Positions 62,110-64,000 of a stretch of DNA of 64,000 nt are shown here, in pieces. Location of the stretch: positions 31,002,001-31,066,000 of the forward strand of contig NC_086097.1 of the NCBI RefSeq assembly GCF_963921235.1, written 5' to 3'. The notes below the pieces were generated by a model. It was not told the origin of the DNA. It worked only from the letters and a program-made list of their open reading frames with translations, and did no database searches. Source of the stretch: Mobula hypostoma (lineage: Eukaryota). The translations under genes were made by a program, and so were the position numbers. Each line of letters starts with the position of its first letter. The first letter of the stretch is position 1.

Positions 62110-62400
62110 TCCCCTCCTCCTTCCCTTTCTCCTATAGTCCACTTTCCTCTCCTATCAGAGTCCTTCTTCTCCAGCACTGGACCTGGCTTGCCCTATTACT
62201 TTACAGTTAGCCTCCTTCCCCTCCTCCCACCGTTTTATTCTAGCACCTTCCCACTTCCTTCTCAGTTCTGAAGAAGGGCATCGGACCAAAACATCGACTG
62301 CTTATTCATTTCTATAGATGTTGCCTGACCTGCTGAGTTCCTCCAGCACTTTGTGTTTGCTGCTCTGGATTTCCAGCGTCTGCAGAATCTCGTGTTAACG
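62110..62400 (+). mobile_element. PLE 3' end with degenerate hammerhead (62263-62300)
   Basis: CAGTT-CTGAAGA-AGGGCATCGGACC-AAAAC-ATC-GACTG plus the shared tail. Confidence 0.78.
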
Positions 62401-63319
62401 ATTTTATTATTTTTTTGTATTTCCACAATTTGTCTTCCTTCGCACATTGGTTGTTTGTCCCTCTTTGTGGGTGTGTAGTGCTTCATGGATTCTATCATAT
62501 TTATTTGTTCTACTGGACACACATGAAAGAAAATGAAACTCAAGGTAGTATATGGTGACATATATTTACTTTTATAATAAATTTACTTTGAAGTTTGGAA
62601 GATTACCGGGTGAGAGCAGGAGAGTGGGGTTGAGAGGGTTAATAAGTCATCCATGATGGAATGGCAGAGCAGACTTGATGGTCTGAATGGCCGAATTCTG
62701 CTCATATGTCTTATGGACTTACACAGAAAGAAGCACAGAACTGTGCGATGCCAAAATAACACACAAACACACAGAGCAGCAGGATACATTAAATATTTAT
62801 GAAAGCCAAAGCTAATGGCTGGCGTTCTGTCGTGAGTCATTTAACTGTGATTAGGGTAAACAACCAAGGGAGGGCCGCAGTCCTGAACTGAAAGACATTT
62901 AGGACTGCGTGTCCTAAAGTGGTAGAGGTCCTGTAGTAACCTTTATATTCACAGCCACCAGACATGGGTCGCAGTCTTCAACACTCTTATTTTAGTACTG
63001 ACAGGCAAGGACTCGCTGACCTAATTAGACTCAGATAGAGATTAGCTGACTACACATCTCCGCTGTGACTTCTCCCGATGGTTTTTTTTCATCGAGATTA
63101 TTACTAAGCTATTTCTGGGCCTCACAGGGCTGCACCGAATGAAGGCAAGGTCGTTCCCAGCATCATGGATGAACGGATTAAGCAGTTGCATCCATCTCAA
63201 ACTGATCTGCAATGATGTGCTGTTACCTCAGAAAGGCAATTATACATTGAACCTGGGCCAGGTTCACTAAGTTGCTGCTAATGGCCTGGGTGTGAGAGTA
63301 TAACAAACAACATAAAAAG

Positions 63320-63640
63320 ACTATAAGAAAATAAGGCAGAGGAGCAGAATTATGCCATTCAGCCCAAAGAATCTGCTCTCTCCTTTGATCACAGCTGATT
63401 TATTTTGCCTCTCAAATCCATTCTCCTACCTTCTCCCCATAACCTTTGATGCCTTTACTAATCAAGAACCTGTCAACCTCTGGTTTAAATATAGCCAATG
63501 ACTTGGCCTCCACAGCCATCTGTGGCAATGAGTTCCACAGATTCACTACCCTCTGGCTAAAGCAAATCCTCCTCATCTCAATTATAAAGGGACGTCCTTT
63601 TATCTGAGGCAGTGCCCTCTGGTCCTGGACTCCCCCACTA
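63320..63640 (-). mobile_element. CR1 3' fragment
   Basis: Homologous to 11075-11390. Confidence 0.8.
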
Positions 63641-64000
63641 CACCCCGGTGAAAGAGGGATATGGCTGCCCTAGCACGTGAAGTCAGCTCCAGTGGACTGG
63701 ATGGATGAGATCTACAGTGAGATCCAATAGCCAGGAAGGGCATGACAAGTCATGGTCATCCACGGTAACTAAACAAGACACCAGTTGTGATGCTTGTTCG
63801 TACCACTGGACTTGGACTTCTGAGATCGTGAGAGTGGAACTGCCCCAGTGCAACAGCTTTCCCACTTTAAAAATTCTCCCGCACACTGTGTTATCAGACA
63901 CAACGGATAACCACCATATAATGTGAAATTTGTTATTTTGTAGTTTATTATAATAAATATTAATAATTTATAGTAATAAATATAACTGGTTCCCCTGTTC

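Overview
Eukaryotic (vertebrate) repeat-dense, apparently intronic or intergenic DNA. The repeat repertoire (V-domain tRNA SINEs, CR1, Rex1/Babar and Penelope-like families) points to a cartilaginous fish, probably a ray or skate; this is inference. I recognised no host protein-coding exon, rRNA, tRNA gene or CRISPR array, and almost all ORF-track entries are decayed transposon frames or their antisense shadows. The window opens with a ~3.66 kb 24/26-bp minisatellite with higher-order structure. The rest is a layered mosaic of CR1 LINEs (one retaining an SGNH-esterase ORF1), Rex1/Babar LINEs, RTE fragments, V-SINEs, a solo LTR, Tc1 and Tigger/pogo derivatives, and hAT and PIF/Harbinger non-autonomous elements. 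Many are nested, with readable target-site duplications (TSDs). The most notable signals are: (1) about ten dispersed Penelope-like 3' ends carrying a minimal type-I hammerhead ribozyme motif, some in short inverted-repeat cassettes; (2) a hAT-ended MITE whose interior is built from segments shared with a Harbinger-type and a Tigger-type element in the same window; (3) a ~250-bp fold-back hairpin inside the Tigger-type element; (4) a young RTE insertion whose tail is its own repeated stop codon. Boundaries of decayed LINE/SINE fragments are approximate; elements with quoted TIRs/TSDs are placed to the base.
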